Positions 1 through 17,233 of a stretch of DNA of 64,000 nucleotides are shown in pieces. Origin of the DNA: Eledone cirrhosa (Eukaryota). Every line of letters begins with the position of its first letter. Position 1 is the first letter of the stretch. The stretch spans positions 85,808,001 to 85,872,000 of the forward strand of contig OZ024746.1 of assembly GCA_964016885.1 (NCBI GenBank). The letters run 5' to 3'. A model generated the notes under the pieces. That model had not been told where the DNA came from. It searched no databases and saw only the letters and a list, made by a program, of their open reading frames with translations. A program made the position numbers and the translations under genes.

Positions 1-4384
<4,384 letters not shown>

Positions 4385-4597
4385 AAGTTGAAAAAAATGA
4401 AAACGAAATTTCATTTCTCACTCTTAGTATGGCACTTACTTAAATGTAAGTATGTATGTATACGTACATACATATATGTATACAGACGTACAGTAACATG
4501 CATATATATATATATACATACAGGTACACATACGCATCAGTTTAGCGGACGCTTATTATAACGCCGCTTTCTTCGTTTGTAAACAAACTGAACAGCC

Positions 4598-4670
4598 TGA
4601 ATTTATGCCATACGGTGTTAAGGCAACCACGTCACCTTTTTGTGCCTTAACACCGTATGGCATAAATTCA
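4598..4670. repeat. Perfect inverted repeat, 28-bp arms, 17-nt spacer
   Basis: 4598-4625 is the exact reverse complement of 4643-4670. Confidence 0.95.
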
Positions 4671-4984
4671 TGTGCTGACAACACCTAAGACCAACTTTGT
4701 CTCCAGGACTCTGGGCACGTCTTTGGATGAGACAGCGAGCCACCTGTTGTTCTGGGAGTTGATCTTATGGTCTTATTTGTCCTCCCGGCACGGATTCCAA
4801 GAAGAACTCTGTGTCTTTTCCACAAATTTGGAGGTTCAAAATTATTCATAATCAATTATTCTGAAAATAAATAATGGAAATATAGTCACTGTTTTTATGA
4901 AGACAAGAGTGACAACGGTAGTAAAAAAAAATTTGCATAAAATTAGCAGTTCAAAATTGCGAAAAAATATCGTCCTCACCCTGT
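4626..4984 (-). mobile_element. Internally deleted Tc1/mariner-superfamily (maT/DD37D-like) transposon remnant
   Basis: Minus strand reads WKRHRVLLGIRAG and DHKINSQNNRWLAVSSKDVPRVLETK..GVVST; terminus CACCCTG|TA (TA-CAGGGTG type end). Confidence 0.65.
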
Positions 4985-6190
4985 ATATATATGTGTATAT
5001 ATAAATATTATTTCCTTATAGAAATTTTCACTTGTAAGGAAATTATCGATTTCATTCTTTCAAAATTAACTTGAATAATTTGTAAATTAGGTAAAGTAAT
5101 CACAGACACTAAAACTAACTAGACTAAATGCTTCTTGGTATCTAGTTCTGTGTGATTACTGTTTTTTTATTCTCTGTAATATTTTATTTTTTTACTTTTT
5201 AGATGTAAATCAATTTTGTTATATTGATTTAATATGTATTATTGCACACGTTATATGTAATCAGGAGAGTGTGTTGTCAATATATAATAAGCCAGCATAA
5301 ACTTCCTATAAAAACTTTCATTGTCGTATTTCTAATGAAATACATTGCCCATAATTTTCAATTCAGTTTGAAAATAAGAATTTGGAGAGATTTAACAATA
5401 GAACTTTTTCATTATTCAGCTGGTGTTTAAAGGTTTTTACATAAATATTAGGATGAAAGGGTTTTAGATAAATATAAGCACTTTAAAATAAACAGCTTTG
5501 CATTATAGAAGTAGGTGTAGTTTCATATCAAAGGGATTAAACTTGATGTTGTAAGTTTATGTAGTGTATTAGTTAATTTTCTGCCAGGAGTTGAGACCTG
5601 TAGATAGTTTCAGTAATGGAAAGACCAATAAAAACATTGTTTCTTTGGTCCAAATTGACGAGTTTCATCCCACTCAATAAGTGAATGAGGTCTGGGATCT
5701 TGTTGATCAAACTTTATGCTATCTATGAAATTATTAAAATGTTTTATAGAAAAAAAGGCACAATGAGTTTTTACATCAATGTGCTTGACCAGTGGTTACA
5801 TGATCGTAAGTTCAAATCTTGTGTTAGGCCTTGAAGTAAAAAAAAAAAGAACCTAATTGTTGGTGCTAGAGATTAGCTGTTTTTACATACTGATGAATCT
5901 GGTTGCCACAGGACATGACCAACTAGTTGGATTCTTCATTCCGCCACCATGTGTTGGAAATTACTTTTTTAGTCCACATTCGCTTGTATTGTTGGTAGTA
6001 TGATGGTACTGTACATGCAGATCTTCTTGGTACCTAGTGTGTTTATGAATCTGATATTGTACATTCACATAAATACTGCTGTTGATTTTTTTTTTTATAC
6101 ATAAATGGTCACAAGCCTCATTGTAAAAACAAAAATAAATGGCTGCTAAAGAAACACCCAAAAAAATTTCTGAAGCAAAAGTTAAGATAC

Positions 6191-6211
6191 TATTTCTGTT
6201 TTTAGGTAAGT
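6191..6211 (+). promoter_or_regulatory. Candidate recursive splice site (zero-length exon)
   Basis: tatttctgtttttag|gtaagt: pyrimidine tract plus AG directly followed by a consensus donor. Confidence 0.4.
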
Positions 6212-6269
6212 TTTTTCTTTCAAATGACCAAAGTAAACAAACCCTAAAAATGTATTATCTGTTGATGTC

Positions 6270-6316
<47 letters not shown>

Positions 6317-6799
6317 TGTAGATATATGATGTTTGTAGATTTAGAATGTGATTTGAGTGTCACTAATCTATTTTTATGTAATTGACAACCTTTTGAAAAC
6401 CTGCCAGACAGTCCTATATGAGCAAGACAACCAATCTTGCCTCAAGTGGGACAATTCCTGTCTAAACCCATGCTAGCTTGGAAGATAGATGTTAAACGAT
6501 GCTGATGATGATGAATTGCTTCAATTTTCTCTCTTGATTTCTTAAAACATATTTATATTTTAGTCCCAAAAGTAATGTTCTGTGAATTATCCCTTTTTGT
6601 CTTATTGACTGTAATATTAATGTAATTCATTTATTCCTCCATTCATCACTGTTTAGGTGCCTGGTCTTGTTTTATTGAATATATGAACATCTATTGAACA
6701 CTGGGAAAGAAAGATGCTTATATCTATTTTATTTCATTCTCTTTTTCTTCACTTCATAAGAAGATATAACTTGAAAAGAAAATTGTTTTAAAAATTTAA

Positions 6800-6964
6800 C
6801 CCTTTAGCATCTAAACTGGCTATACCCAGCCAGAATTCTCTTACTTTTTTCTGTTCAAACTGGCTGTGATTAAATCATATCAAAATCTCATAGATTCGAT
6901 ATTATGTGAGATAAAGCTTTTATCATGAAAATATAATATATATATATATGTAAATGCTAAAGGG
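6800..6964 (+). mobile_element. piggyBac-type MITE, family A
   Basis: TTAA|CCCTTTAGCAT...ATGCTAAAGGG|TTAA; homologous to 44495-44713 in the opposite orientation. Confidence 0.85.
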
Positions 6965-7117
6965 TTAAATTATGTAATTTTATTATTGTTGTTTTTAGTG
7001 ATTTATTTTAAAATTAATTCATTGTACATCTTGTTGGATTCAACCAACAAAGTGATTTCATAGAGTTTTGAAGTTAGTTCTTCATTTATGAAACATTTGA
7101 CATCTTCTTACTTACAG

Positions 7118-7135
7118 GAACAAATGGAGAAGCAG
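7118..7135 (+). CDS. Candidate 18-nt alternative microexon of CLTC (adds GTNGEA in phase 1)
   Basis: cttcttacttacag|GAACAAATGGAGAAGCAG|gtttgt; multiple of 3 and open in the phase of the host intron; no transcript evidence. Confidence 0.45.
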
Positions 7136-9044
7136 GTTTGTTACATTTCATTAGTCTGGTTTTCCAATGATGCTTTCTCTTCTGCTCTCCTTCTTGGTTG
7201 GGTAAAATTATTTTCTTTGAACAACTTTCTATTAATAATGGCTTATGTTCTGTTCAAAGTTGGAATGCTCCCAAGGGAATTATAAGAATGCTTTCTTCAG
7301 AATCGATTAACTTTTTTTTTTTTGAACCTGAAATACTTTTTGATTATTTCATAAATGTGTTAAAATTAAAGTTGTTTTTAAATACAAATTTCAAAATTTA
7401 TATTGGAAAAAAAAAAAGAATATTTATAGATGACAAATTGAAGAATTTTGTTAAATTTTACAATATAGCTGGAATTTTGTTAGATATTATCAAAATATGT
7501 TGATGATATTTCAAGATAAAATGTGAAGCAAATCAATAATTAATAACAGCAATTTTTCTCTATTGATTCAGAGTATTGAGTTTATTTATTTTTTCATATA
7601 GGGTACATTGATTTGCTCACTGTTTTACAGCTGTAAAATTATCAATCGGTTCAAATTTTCAGATTCTGGAAGAAAGCATTCTATATATTGAGGAGAAAAT
7701 CTTGGCATAGAGAATGAATACTTTTTTTTGCAAGTTCTTCAGTGCCATCAAATTATAAAAAAATAATTTTTTTCTATTTTTGGTGATAGATTTATAATTC
7801 TCAAAATTCAAGTTGGGACTTCTCAAAATATTTATTAAATGTTTAATAATACATTAGGAAGCTTCTCTTTTTCTCCACCCCTTTTGTCTACCTATCAAAC
7901 CTATTTATTATCCAACTGATATTGATCCTTGATGTCATCAGACTAAAAAATTAATATAGTTTAACCAGTGTGCATAATGTTTAAAGGTTGCAATTGGAAC
8001 ATTTCTTTATGTACTCAATGTCTATGAATTATTAACACTAAATAGTTAAATATTCTGTATTCTAAAAGAAAAAGAATTTTGTTTTATATAAATAAATATA
8101 TATGTATGTACATATACAAATATATATGTATGTACATGTGTGTGTGTGTGTGTGTGCGTATATACATACATATGTACATACACACATAAATTTGAATATA
8201 TTCTGAATTGGCGTTAACATTTCTTTTGGAGTTTTTAATCCCTTTTATCATACCTCACGCTATATATAATTTCAACTATATGATGTTCTCTCTGCATGTG
8301 TGCATAAAAGAGAGAGCATTATAAGTAACTTTAAGCATAATTTTTTTTAATTATAACAATTTATATCCTTAATGAAAGCTTTAAAAATTTTTTTTTAATA
8401 TATAATGTAAATTTTATATTTAATTAGTCCAAACAAAAATGCTTTTTTAAGATATTAAAATTAACGCAACTTCTCAAATTAGATGAGCTTATCATTTTTG
8501 GACTTGATCTTTAAAATTCTTGGTCTTAATACATTAAAATATTTTGTGGATTAGTTTGTAAAGGCACAGTGTGTGTGGAGCAATAAGTTTATTTAAATGT
8601 GTGCATGCATGTTTAACATGTACCAGCATGTATATACATGTGCACGTTTCTTCAATATTTTTTGCTTGTTGTAGAGAAAGAAAAAATAATTTTAATGTAG
8701 ACTGTAACTCTGATCAAATGCTGAGCTGTTGAAAAATGTTGCATATTTAACTACCACAAATAGATTGCATTAGAAATTAAATCTGTCCTTGAGTACTTTT
8801 TGCTTTTCAAGATAACTGCATAAAAGAACGATAATTTAACAAAGTGCACTGACTACAATAAATTTGAATAGAACAACAGTAACTAGGGCCTTTACATATT
8901 CAGCTCATAAATATGTTGATACCATCATTTTCATTGATGGTTTTGATCCTTCTACAATTTGTATTTTGTTTTTGTCTCAGAAACACAATAACTGGTCTGT
9001 TCAGTATGCATTTGCTGAATGTTTCAACTAAAATCATTTATTAA

Positions 9045-9280
9045 CCCTTTTGATACCTAACTGCCTCTAACTGCCTTTGGTATTATGATACTAAGCTGTT
9101 ATTTTAAACTACTTATATCTATCTAAAAACCTTCCAGCATAAATTAATGTAAGAACTTTTAAGCTATGTTCCAAACACCAATTCAATGAAAAATTGTATT
9201 ACTAAATCCCTTTAAATTCTTGAATGTTTTCAAAATGATTTGAAAATAACAGGCAGTATTTTTCATTCATAATGAAAGGG
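9045..9280 (+). mobile_element. piggyBac-type MITE, family B
   Basis: TTAA|CCCTTTTGATACC...GAAAGGG|TTAA; related copies near 5300, 11203, 19187, 40257, 41295, 45125, 57171 and 59116. Confidence 0.8.
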
Positions 9281-11202
9281 TTAATATTACCTTGCTATCA
9301 AGGGCATTGAAACTTATATATTTTTTGAGGGAATACTTTGATATTCCACTTGATGGCACTGTAGATAGTTGCTTTAATGTTATACTTCATAAAAAGGCTG
9401 CCGACATTTTGAGAAGCTAATGCTGGTCTCACATTATCCATATTAATTTTACTTTAACCTACATATATTAGTGGCTTCAAGGCATATGTCTTTGAGACAC
9501 CTTGTTCTTGTATAACAATGAGAAAGTGACATAGTGCAGCTTTTGAATGATTAATCACAATGTAGAAGTATATATGCATATATTGTTACACCTATTGCAT
9601 GCAGATGACTTTTCATGTTTGCTAAGGTTGGTATAAAGTAGGAATGTTTGTAAAATCATTAAAAAAAGTGATATTTTTATTACTTTAGTCTGATTTACAA
9701 ATAAGTGATAAGTAGTTACATCCTGTAATTATTGAGAAAGGTTGGCCTTATTTAAATTTTTATTTTTTGATAGGCATAGGCATGGCTGTGTGGTTAAGAT
9801 GTTCACTTGACAATCACATAGTTTGAGGTTTAATCTCTATGCATAGCTCCTTGGGCAGGTGTTTTGTATTATAGCCTCAGGATGAATAATGTTTTGAGTG
9901 AATCTGGTAGGTGGGAATTAAGAAACCTGACATGTATATATGTGTGTGTCTTCTGAATACTGTTCAAATAAAGCATGTGGTGATTGTTTATGCCCCACAT
10001 AAGTCCTAAAATATGCCTCAACAAAGTCTCATCCAACCCATGGAAAAGTTGGCATAAAGATGTTAGTATTTCTAATTTGGCTTCAATATTCATATTTGTT
10101 TTGTGATATGATTTTGTTATTTAGATATAATGAATCATCATTAGAGAATATTTAAAAATTCTCTTAATTAGGATTCTCAATTATGTAGAGAAATTCTAAA
10201 AAAAAATTATATCTAGTAAAAAGAGAAAATAATAATAAATGGTTTTAATTATTGATTTGCATTTTATCTAGAGCATTTTAAGTAGATTACTGGCATGAAG
10301 CTTGTAAGATTGACTTCATTGCTTGTTTTTATATTTTCTCCTTCAGTCACACCTCCTTTAAACATTAGTTAGGAATTCTGTGATTGTTAGCATAGCCATA
10401 GCTGCTTGATAACATCTGAATTAATGGATCCCTCTCTGATTTCGTCTCAAACCAGTTGCCTTTTTAGTTAAATGTAGGAGTTTTTCATTCAAATTCACAA
10501 TATGAGAATCAACATCTTTTTTTCTTCCTTTATTGTCATACTAAATCATGTGTAATACACTAGGGGCAACTAAAATATTCTTTTCATAAAGATTCATAGA
10601 AGAAAAGAATTTAGATAATGAGTATTCTAAAGGCTTAGAGGTCTTGGTTTTAGCATGGTCATAAAATCTTGGATAATGATTGTTTCTTGAATGTGGCTTT
10701 AGATGTCTTACTAGAATATTAAATAATATTTATTTTAATTTTTTAAATTTTTTTTTTTATTTTAAACATACTGAATTGTTTGGCATGAAATTGCTTCAAG
10801 ATTTTTTTCTGTCTTATCAGTTTCATTGTTATATATATTAAAAAACAAACAAACAGAATATATTCAAATTAAAAAAAAATGTATTATGTCACTGGTTAGA
10901 GCAGTGGCTTGACTGAATCATTAGGATGTCAGATAAAATGCTTTGTGGTATTCAGTTGCAGCCATTTACATTCTCAGTTCAAATCTGGCTTTGGATGACT
11001 TCACCTCTTTTTCTTGGGGAGGCAATAAAATAAAATGCCATTTTAATCAACTAACCCTTCCTCTAATATGTGGCCATGTAGCTTTGTAAGAAATTATATC
11101 ACTGGTTAGACTGTTGGTTTTGAAGGCACACTTTTTTTTAAATATTTTTCTTTTCACCTTTATTTTCTGAGGACATTTTTAATCCCTTTCCACTATACTT
11201 AA

Positions 11203-11494
11203 CCCACTTGTTACCATATTTCTAATGAAGTACACTGCAAATGTGTTTCATTTAATTTTGAAAATAAAAAAAATTTGGAGTAATTTAAATAACTAGCATT
11301 TTCATTAATAAGCAAATGTTTAGAACATTACTTAACATTTTCTTAAGTAAAATTATGATGGAAGGTTGGGCAATTTTGTATCATAGAACCAGGAGTAGTT
11401 TTAGTCAGGTTAGTATCATAGAACCAGGAGTAGTTTTAGTCAGGTTAGTATCATGGAACCAGGGGTAGTTTTAGACAGGTTAGTATCAAAAGGA
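11203..11494 (-). mobile_element. MITE family B with an internal 3 x 35-bp tandem repeat (11378-11482)
   Basis: TTAA flanks; unit gtatcatagaaccaggagtagttttagtcaggtta. Confidence 0.8.
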
Positions 11495-13237
11495 TTAAGC
11501 ACTTTTTTGTTTTTCTGTGTATTGAAAGTCAACTTAATCAGTTATTCACATTGATTATATGCATAATTACACACTACACTAATAGCTCTTCAAGATAAGA
11601 AGTAATTAAAATATATAGGATTTCTATTATAGTTAATGTTTCTTTCCTAGAAATGTCAGTATGTAAATACCAGTAAACCCAGATATTTGTTTCAAATATG
11701 AAAACTACATTGTACGTTTTTTTTTTTTTTTTTTTGTATAGTGTAGAAAACCTGCCAAACCAAGGGTTGAGAGTACTCTTCAGCTGGGTCAAAGACATAA
11801 CTTCCTAGTGTTGGTGCTATGATAAAATGCACTTGGTAAACTGCAGGAATGTATGTAACTAAGACGCAAGCCCTCAGCCCATCTGAGATATCTGTATCTC
11901 TGCTTGAGTACTGACTCGGTTTGTGGAGACCTGTCTCTTGCTAGCAGGGAAGACTGATAGAGAATTTTAAACGGGGTTAATAAAAACTCGTAGAATTGGA
12001 AAACATTTTCTGAATTGACCACTAATTACATACTCTCTTCTATTATTTCCTAATTAGTCTCTAATTTGATTTATCTTGAAGTATATACATTCTTTTCACT
12101 TGATGAATCGAGCTAGAAACCTTTAGGATTGAGCATAGACATCTATATTTGAGGCTGCAGGCTCAATGTTAGTTCTTCATACCAGAGTGCAGTTGGGTAC
12201 ATAAACTGAGTGACTTGCTTAATATTTAATCTTAATCGGCTTAAAACTAACATGGTTTTGAAATACTTTTTTTAATGTTCTATGCATTTGCAGGTTTTAG
12301 CAATTTTAACATATCACTATTTCTAACGTTTTCTTTTTAAATTATAAAGAAAACTTAATTTAGATCTACTTTTAACTGATTAAGTTATAATTATTTAGTA
12401 TTTTGTTGTAAATTTAATTTTAATGATTTTTTTTTTTCTATTGGATTCATGATACCTTTGTTGGTTATTAGCTCGTTCTCAGAAATTTGTGATGTTTAGC
12501 TTTAGCAAATCAAATTTAACTTTGATTGACAACCTATTACTGAAAGCTGCTTTAAAGTTAATTTAATTCATAGTATATCAAGTCTGAAATTAATATCTAG
12601 TTTTGTAAACTCTAGAAAACAACTAATTTATTAATAATGAATAGAGTTTTGTTTAAATCAATTACTGGTAAATTTCTTAGCATTTTACTGTTTCAAACTT
12701 TCATTGAGGTTAACATTGATAAATCATAATTCAGTATAAATTTTGTGAAAGAGTTTTCTTTTTGGCTAAATTGTATCAAACCATATTCTTAAAACCATTA
12801 TTTTAATTTTTTAAAAAAACATGCAGCTAACTAAATCTTTAAACATTTTAGAATTCTTTTTGATACTTTTCTGAGAATTTTTTTAACTTTTTTTTTTTAA
12901 ATTTCTCAAATAATTTGCTAGGCATTTCAAACATCTCCACTTTTTTTTATTTCTTTTAAAATTAATTTATATTTTCAATGTACTGGGTTATTATTTATGG
13001 AATGGTATCAAACAAGACGCTTTTTCATCATTTATATTAAGTTTTGTTCAAATCCTTGTTTCATGCTAACTGCAAGCTGGAACCTTAATTATTGATTCAG
13101 AAAGATATTAGTGTTTAAGCTACATTTTCATCTACTGATATTAGGGTAAATATGTGGTCACGAGAAGTAAATTTGTATATATTTGCATTTATTGTGAAAA
13201 CATTAAGCATGCCCTTGTATGTAAATTTCTTAAAAAC

Positions 13238-14142
13238 TATAAAGTGGTACCATAATTAATGTCGTTTTTTATACATATTCTAGCATGTCGAAATAAGATA
13301 TTTCCACAGTTGTATACTGCATAGAAAGAAAATCTTCAATCAGATAATTTCTGGCTTGCAAATACATAAGTTTTAATTTGTTGCTTCATGAAAATGGATG
13401 TCACAGAAGAGCAGATAAGATATGCCATGCTCTACAAGATCCAAGTCACCCCCATAAAAGCAAGTTCTATGAATACTGTAAAAAAAAAAATGTGCAAAAA
13501 GTGTATGGTGGTGTTATGAATGTTCATAAGTGCAAATGTTGGTTCAATAAATTTCAACACGGGAACTTAGAGCAGCCAAAGTGATGGTCATTTTCTATGT
13601 TTTGATAATGATTCATATTGAAAGCTGCTATTGTAAAAAGATCTCCATGCAAATGTTAGAGAGTTAGCAGAAGAGCTTAATTCAGTCCATCACCATTTAC
13701 AGGAACTTGGAATGGTATCTAAGCTTGGCAAGTGGAAACAATCAAAGAGAACACACAGACATCTGCATTGCTCTTTATTGTCGAAAATGTAAATTTCCAA
13801 TTTTTCATTTGAGGAACTTGACTGGGAAAGTCTTCCACATTCTCCATGTTCTCCTGACTTTGCTCTGTCAGATTATCATTAATTCTGAAGTTTGCAATAT
13901 TTTATTAATGAAAAAAAAAAAAAAAAAGTACAATTCCATAGAAGCGTTTGAAATGAACCTATGTGACTTTTTCTCCCCCAAACTGTCTGATAGCTAGAAG
14001 AATAGCATAAGAAACCTTTTACAGCATTGGAAGAATGTTGATTTAGAAGGGGGATATATACTTGATTAAATTAGTGTATAACTTTTTATTTTTCTTCAAA
14101 ACCTACCACCAAAACCTATATTACTTATGGCATGATCTTAAT
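13238..14142 (+). mobile_element. Decayed mariner transposon, internally deleted
   Basis: EELDWESLPHSPCSPDFALSDYH matches the mariner WEVLPHPPYSPDLAPSDYH motif; N-terminal MDVTEEQIRYAMLY and WFNKFQHGN; degenerate TIRs at both ends; stops and frameshifts. Confidence 0.85.
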
Positions 14143-14985
14143 TTATTAACAATATAGAATTGTATAGTTGAGATAAAAATCCATTTCATATATCAATCAA
14201 TAAGCTGAAGTTCTATTATAGAAATACATCTTTCTGAATTGATAATGTTTCCAGTTTGAGGTGAGCATCCACTGTGTAATTGTTTTTTGAACTCTATTAA
14301 TCAGGGATACAAAATTTGAGCAAAAAACATTACTTGTTGCAACCATAAATTCTTTTCAATGACCAAGAAGCTAACTAATTTTAAACATATTAAAAATTTT
14401 GTTTCAGGTTGATTGCTGTGATATTTTGAATACTTATTTTATTTTTTCTCAATTTCCACCTGATTGTCCTAATTTATTTGCTGATATTCTTTTACTATTG
14501 CTACTACTACCAGAACTATTTATATACTGTTTCAATTATTACATCCCAACCAACAAATTTTTCTCCATTTTCAGATCAGTATTGTGCATACTTAACCTAT
14601 TTGTGTTGCTGTCCAAGCTAATATATTGATCAAACTTTAAAATACAAAAATACTCATCTCAATTCATAGCAAATGTTTTATTTTTATCCAGAAATGTTGA
14701 TCTGTTGTAAAGCAAAATGCATGCAAATGTCTTAAATTTGCAGACTTTTTCAAATCCATAGCAACAGGGATAAATACAAAACACATACACGAGTCTGCAA
14801 ATTTAAGCATTTTTGTATGTGTTTATAATTAGTGATTTACAGTTAAATGTTATATGAAGTGAAACTACTATCTGCTTTCCAACTGATGACAAATTGCCTT
14901 GCCTTAGGTTATAAATTCTGATAAGATGCTTGTGAGCCTGAATTCTTAATTACTCAACTATTTCCCTTTTTGTCGAAATATATTG

Positions 14986-15019
<34 letters not shown>

Positions 15020-16649
15020 CCAGAAGTGAAGGACACATTTTCTAAACTGATTTCAATAGAATTTTAAATTATTTTAGTAAATGATTTTCATTTCAAATTC
15101 AAATAGTTATAATAGAAAATTAACTTGAATGTTTTTTGCCTCTGAAGGCAATGAAATATTCTGTTATGGTTATTTTACAAAATGTGTCTTGCCTTTCCAT
15201 AAAATGTGTTCAATGTACAGAGGAGAAAAATTGAAAACATTTTTTTGTCCTAAAAATTTGCACAAAAAAAAATAGTTTCATTTTAGATTTAGGTACTCCA
15301 TACCTAATCCTCGCTTGATTTCCAGTTCAATACAAATTCTGTTTTCATATTTCCTTTAAAAAAAAATGTTTTTAGTATGCACTATTTTAATAACTTGTAA
15401 CATGTTTGCATTAACACCTGGTTTTATCATCATTTTTTTCATGTGATATTCTTCTATATCAAGCTAGTGGACTTGTGGACTTGACACTATTTCTTTTCTT
15501 TCTGCTTTATGTAATGCAAATTTATTAAAATAACAAATGAAATGTGTAAAATATGTTATTAATAAACAACTAAATATGCTACAATTTATGATTGAGTAAA
15601 ATATATCAGTTCAAATCAACATTTCATATATGCAAAGCTGAATCAGAAGCAACATGAATTAGAGAACATAACAAATGTAAAAGTCATTACAATAGTTAGC
15701 CTCAATATCCTAAAAATATATTTCTTTTAGTTAGAATTTGTTTTTAAAATGTTGAGTCAAGGTGAAAAATATCAGTTTGAACAATTCATATTCTATTCAC
15801 TTTCCATAGTAACCTATCTTTTAATTTCAGTGTGTTAAGGTATCACATTTTGTAGTATTAAAAATTTAGTTTCAAGCACTCTTGAACATATTGGATTCAC
15901 TTGTGTATAAGTTGCATTCCCATTTTACATATAATATTCTTGGCTGAGTACTTGACTTACATAGAAGTTGCAGGCTATGTTTATTAGTATTGCTTACTTG
16001 ACATTTCCAAAACTAAACATTCACTGCCCCTCCTCCCATAACATATCTTATAAAACTACATATAAACAAATCTGGTCACTCTTTACCAGTTACAATAAGT
16101 CAATGACCTCTTAATTCTTTCTGTTTTCCTGAGATGAGGAATTAATATTACTATACATTTTATTTAGAGTAATGTCCTTACCAAGGTAAGATATTAATCC
16201 AAATAAATTGTTGTATAACAATCTTAATTTCCCATATTTAATAATTCTATTTCATTGATTTAATCACATACATTTTATTTGTTTAATCACATACTGACAA
16301 GATTTTATTAAATTTATTGATGACATTTTATTAATTCCATCACATACAATAACAAAACCAATAATACATACCACCTCCTTCATATTTTAATTGTATTAAA
16401 TTTATATCCTTTTTTAGAAAAGGTATTCTGTATCTGTGCATGTCATAAAAGGTAACTAAAAGGGCTGTTGCCAGGAATGGCATCTGGCTGTAAAACATTG
16501 CTTTAAAGCAATATATCTATCTCGTGCCAGCATGGAAAAGTAGACATAAAAAAACCGATATTTTCTGAGGTTTTTATGGGTTCAGGGTGCTGGCCTGACA
16601 CCCAACTCTCCCCATTTCTCAACATGAGGTTGGAGCCGACTACGGCTGG

Positions 16650-17233
16650 GTTACTTCATCTATTTGGGCAGCATAATCTCCAATGAAGGCCTCACTGAGC
16701 TTGATGTAAATTGCAGAATTGGAAAGGCATCAGGAGTATTTCAACGCATGAGAAACATTTGGTCATCACAAATAATATCCATGGCCATCAAACTGCAGCT
16801 CTTCAACGGCATTATAATCACAATTGCCATATATGCTAATGAAACCTGGAAAATGACTGCCAAAATTCTAAGGAAGCTCAATGATTTACAACAAAGATGC
16901 CTAAGAAAAATTCTGAAAATCCCTTATTGAGACCGGATTACTAATGCTGAAGAGAAGTAAACAGAGGCTACTGACTGACACCATCACTGAAACTGGCTGG
17001 ACACACTCTGCACATGTCTGAGTACCGGAACCCGTTTGTGACAATGAGATGGATTCTAGGCGGTGGCAAGTGGAAAAAAGGGAGACTTAAGAAAACCTGG
17101 TGCTTGACTTTCAAAGATCTCTAGAGGATTGGACTGGAATGGGAAACTATGCAAAATGCCACAGCTGATCATATAAATTGGAGAAGACTCATTGCTCAAT
17201 ATTCCCCAGAGCATAGGAGGACCTAAGACTAAA
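16650..17233 (+). mobile_element. 5'-truncated RTE-clade LINE (RT C-terminus), degenerate
   Basis: YLGSIISNEG...RIGKASGVF...YANETW...QQRCLRKILKIPY*DRITN, then LAGH and GGKWKKGR-like motifs. Confidence 0.88.

Noticed and set aside
7631-7710. Acceptor plus open frame as the missing AGKTLQIFN exon of CLTC
   Set aside because: The translation has no clathrin similarity and ends in TAG with no donor.
11378-11482. 35-bp direct repeats as a CRISPR array
   Set aside because: Head-to-tail with no spacers, inside a MITE, in a eukaryotic intron with no cas genes.
15831-15839. 9-nt ttcag|TGTGTTAAG|gtatc microexon
   Set aside because: Weak donor and a stop in the host intron phase; not distinguishable from background.
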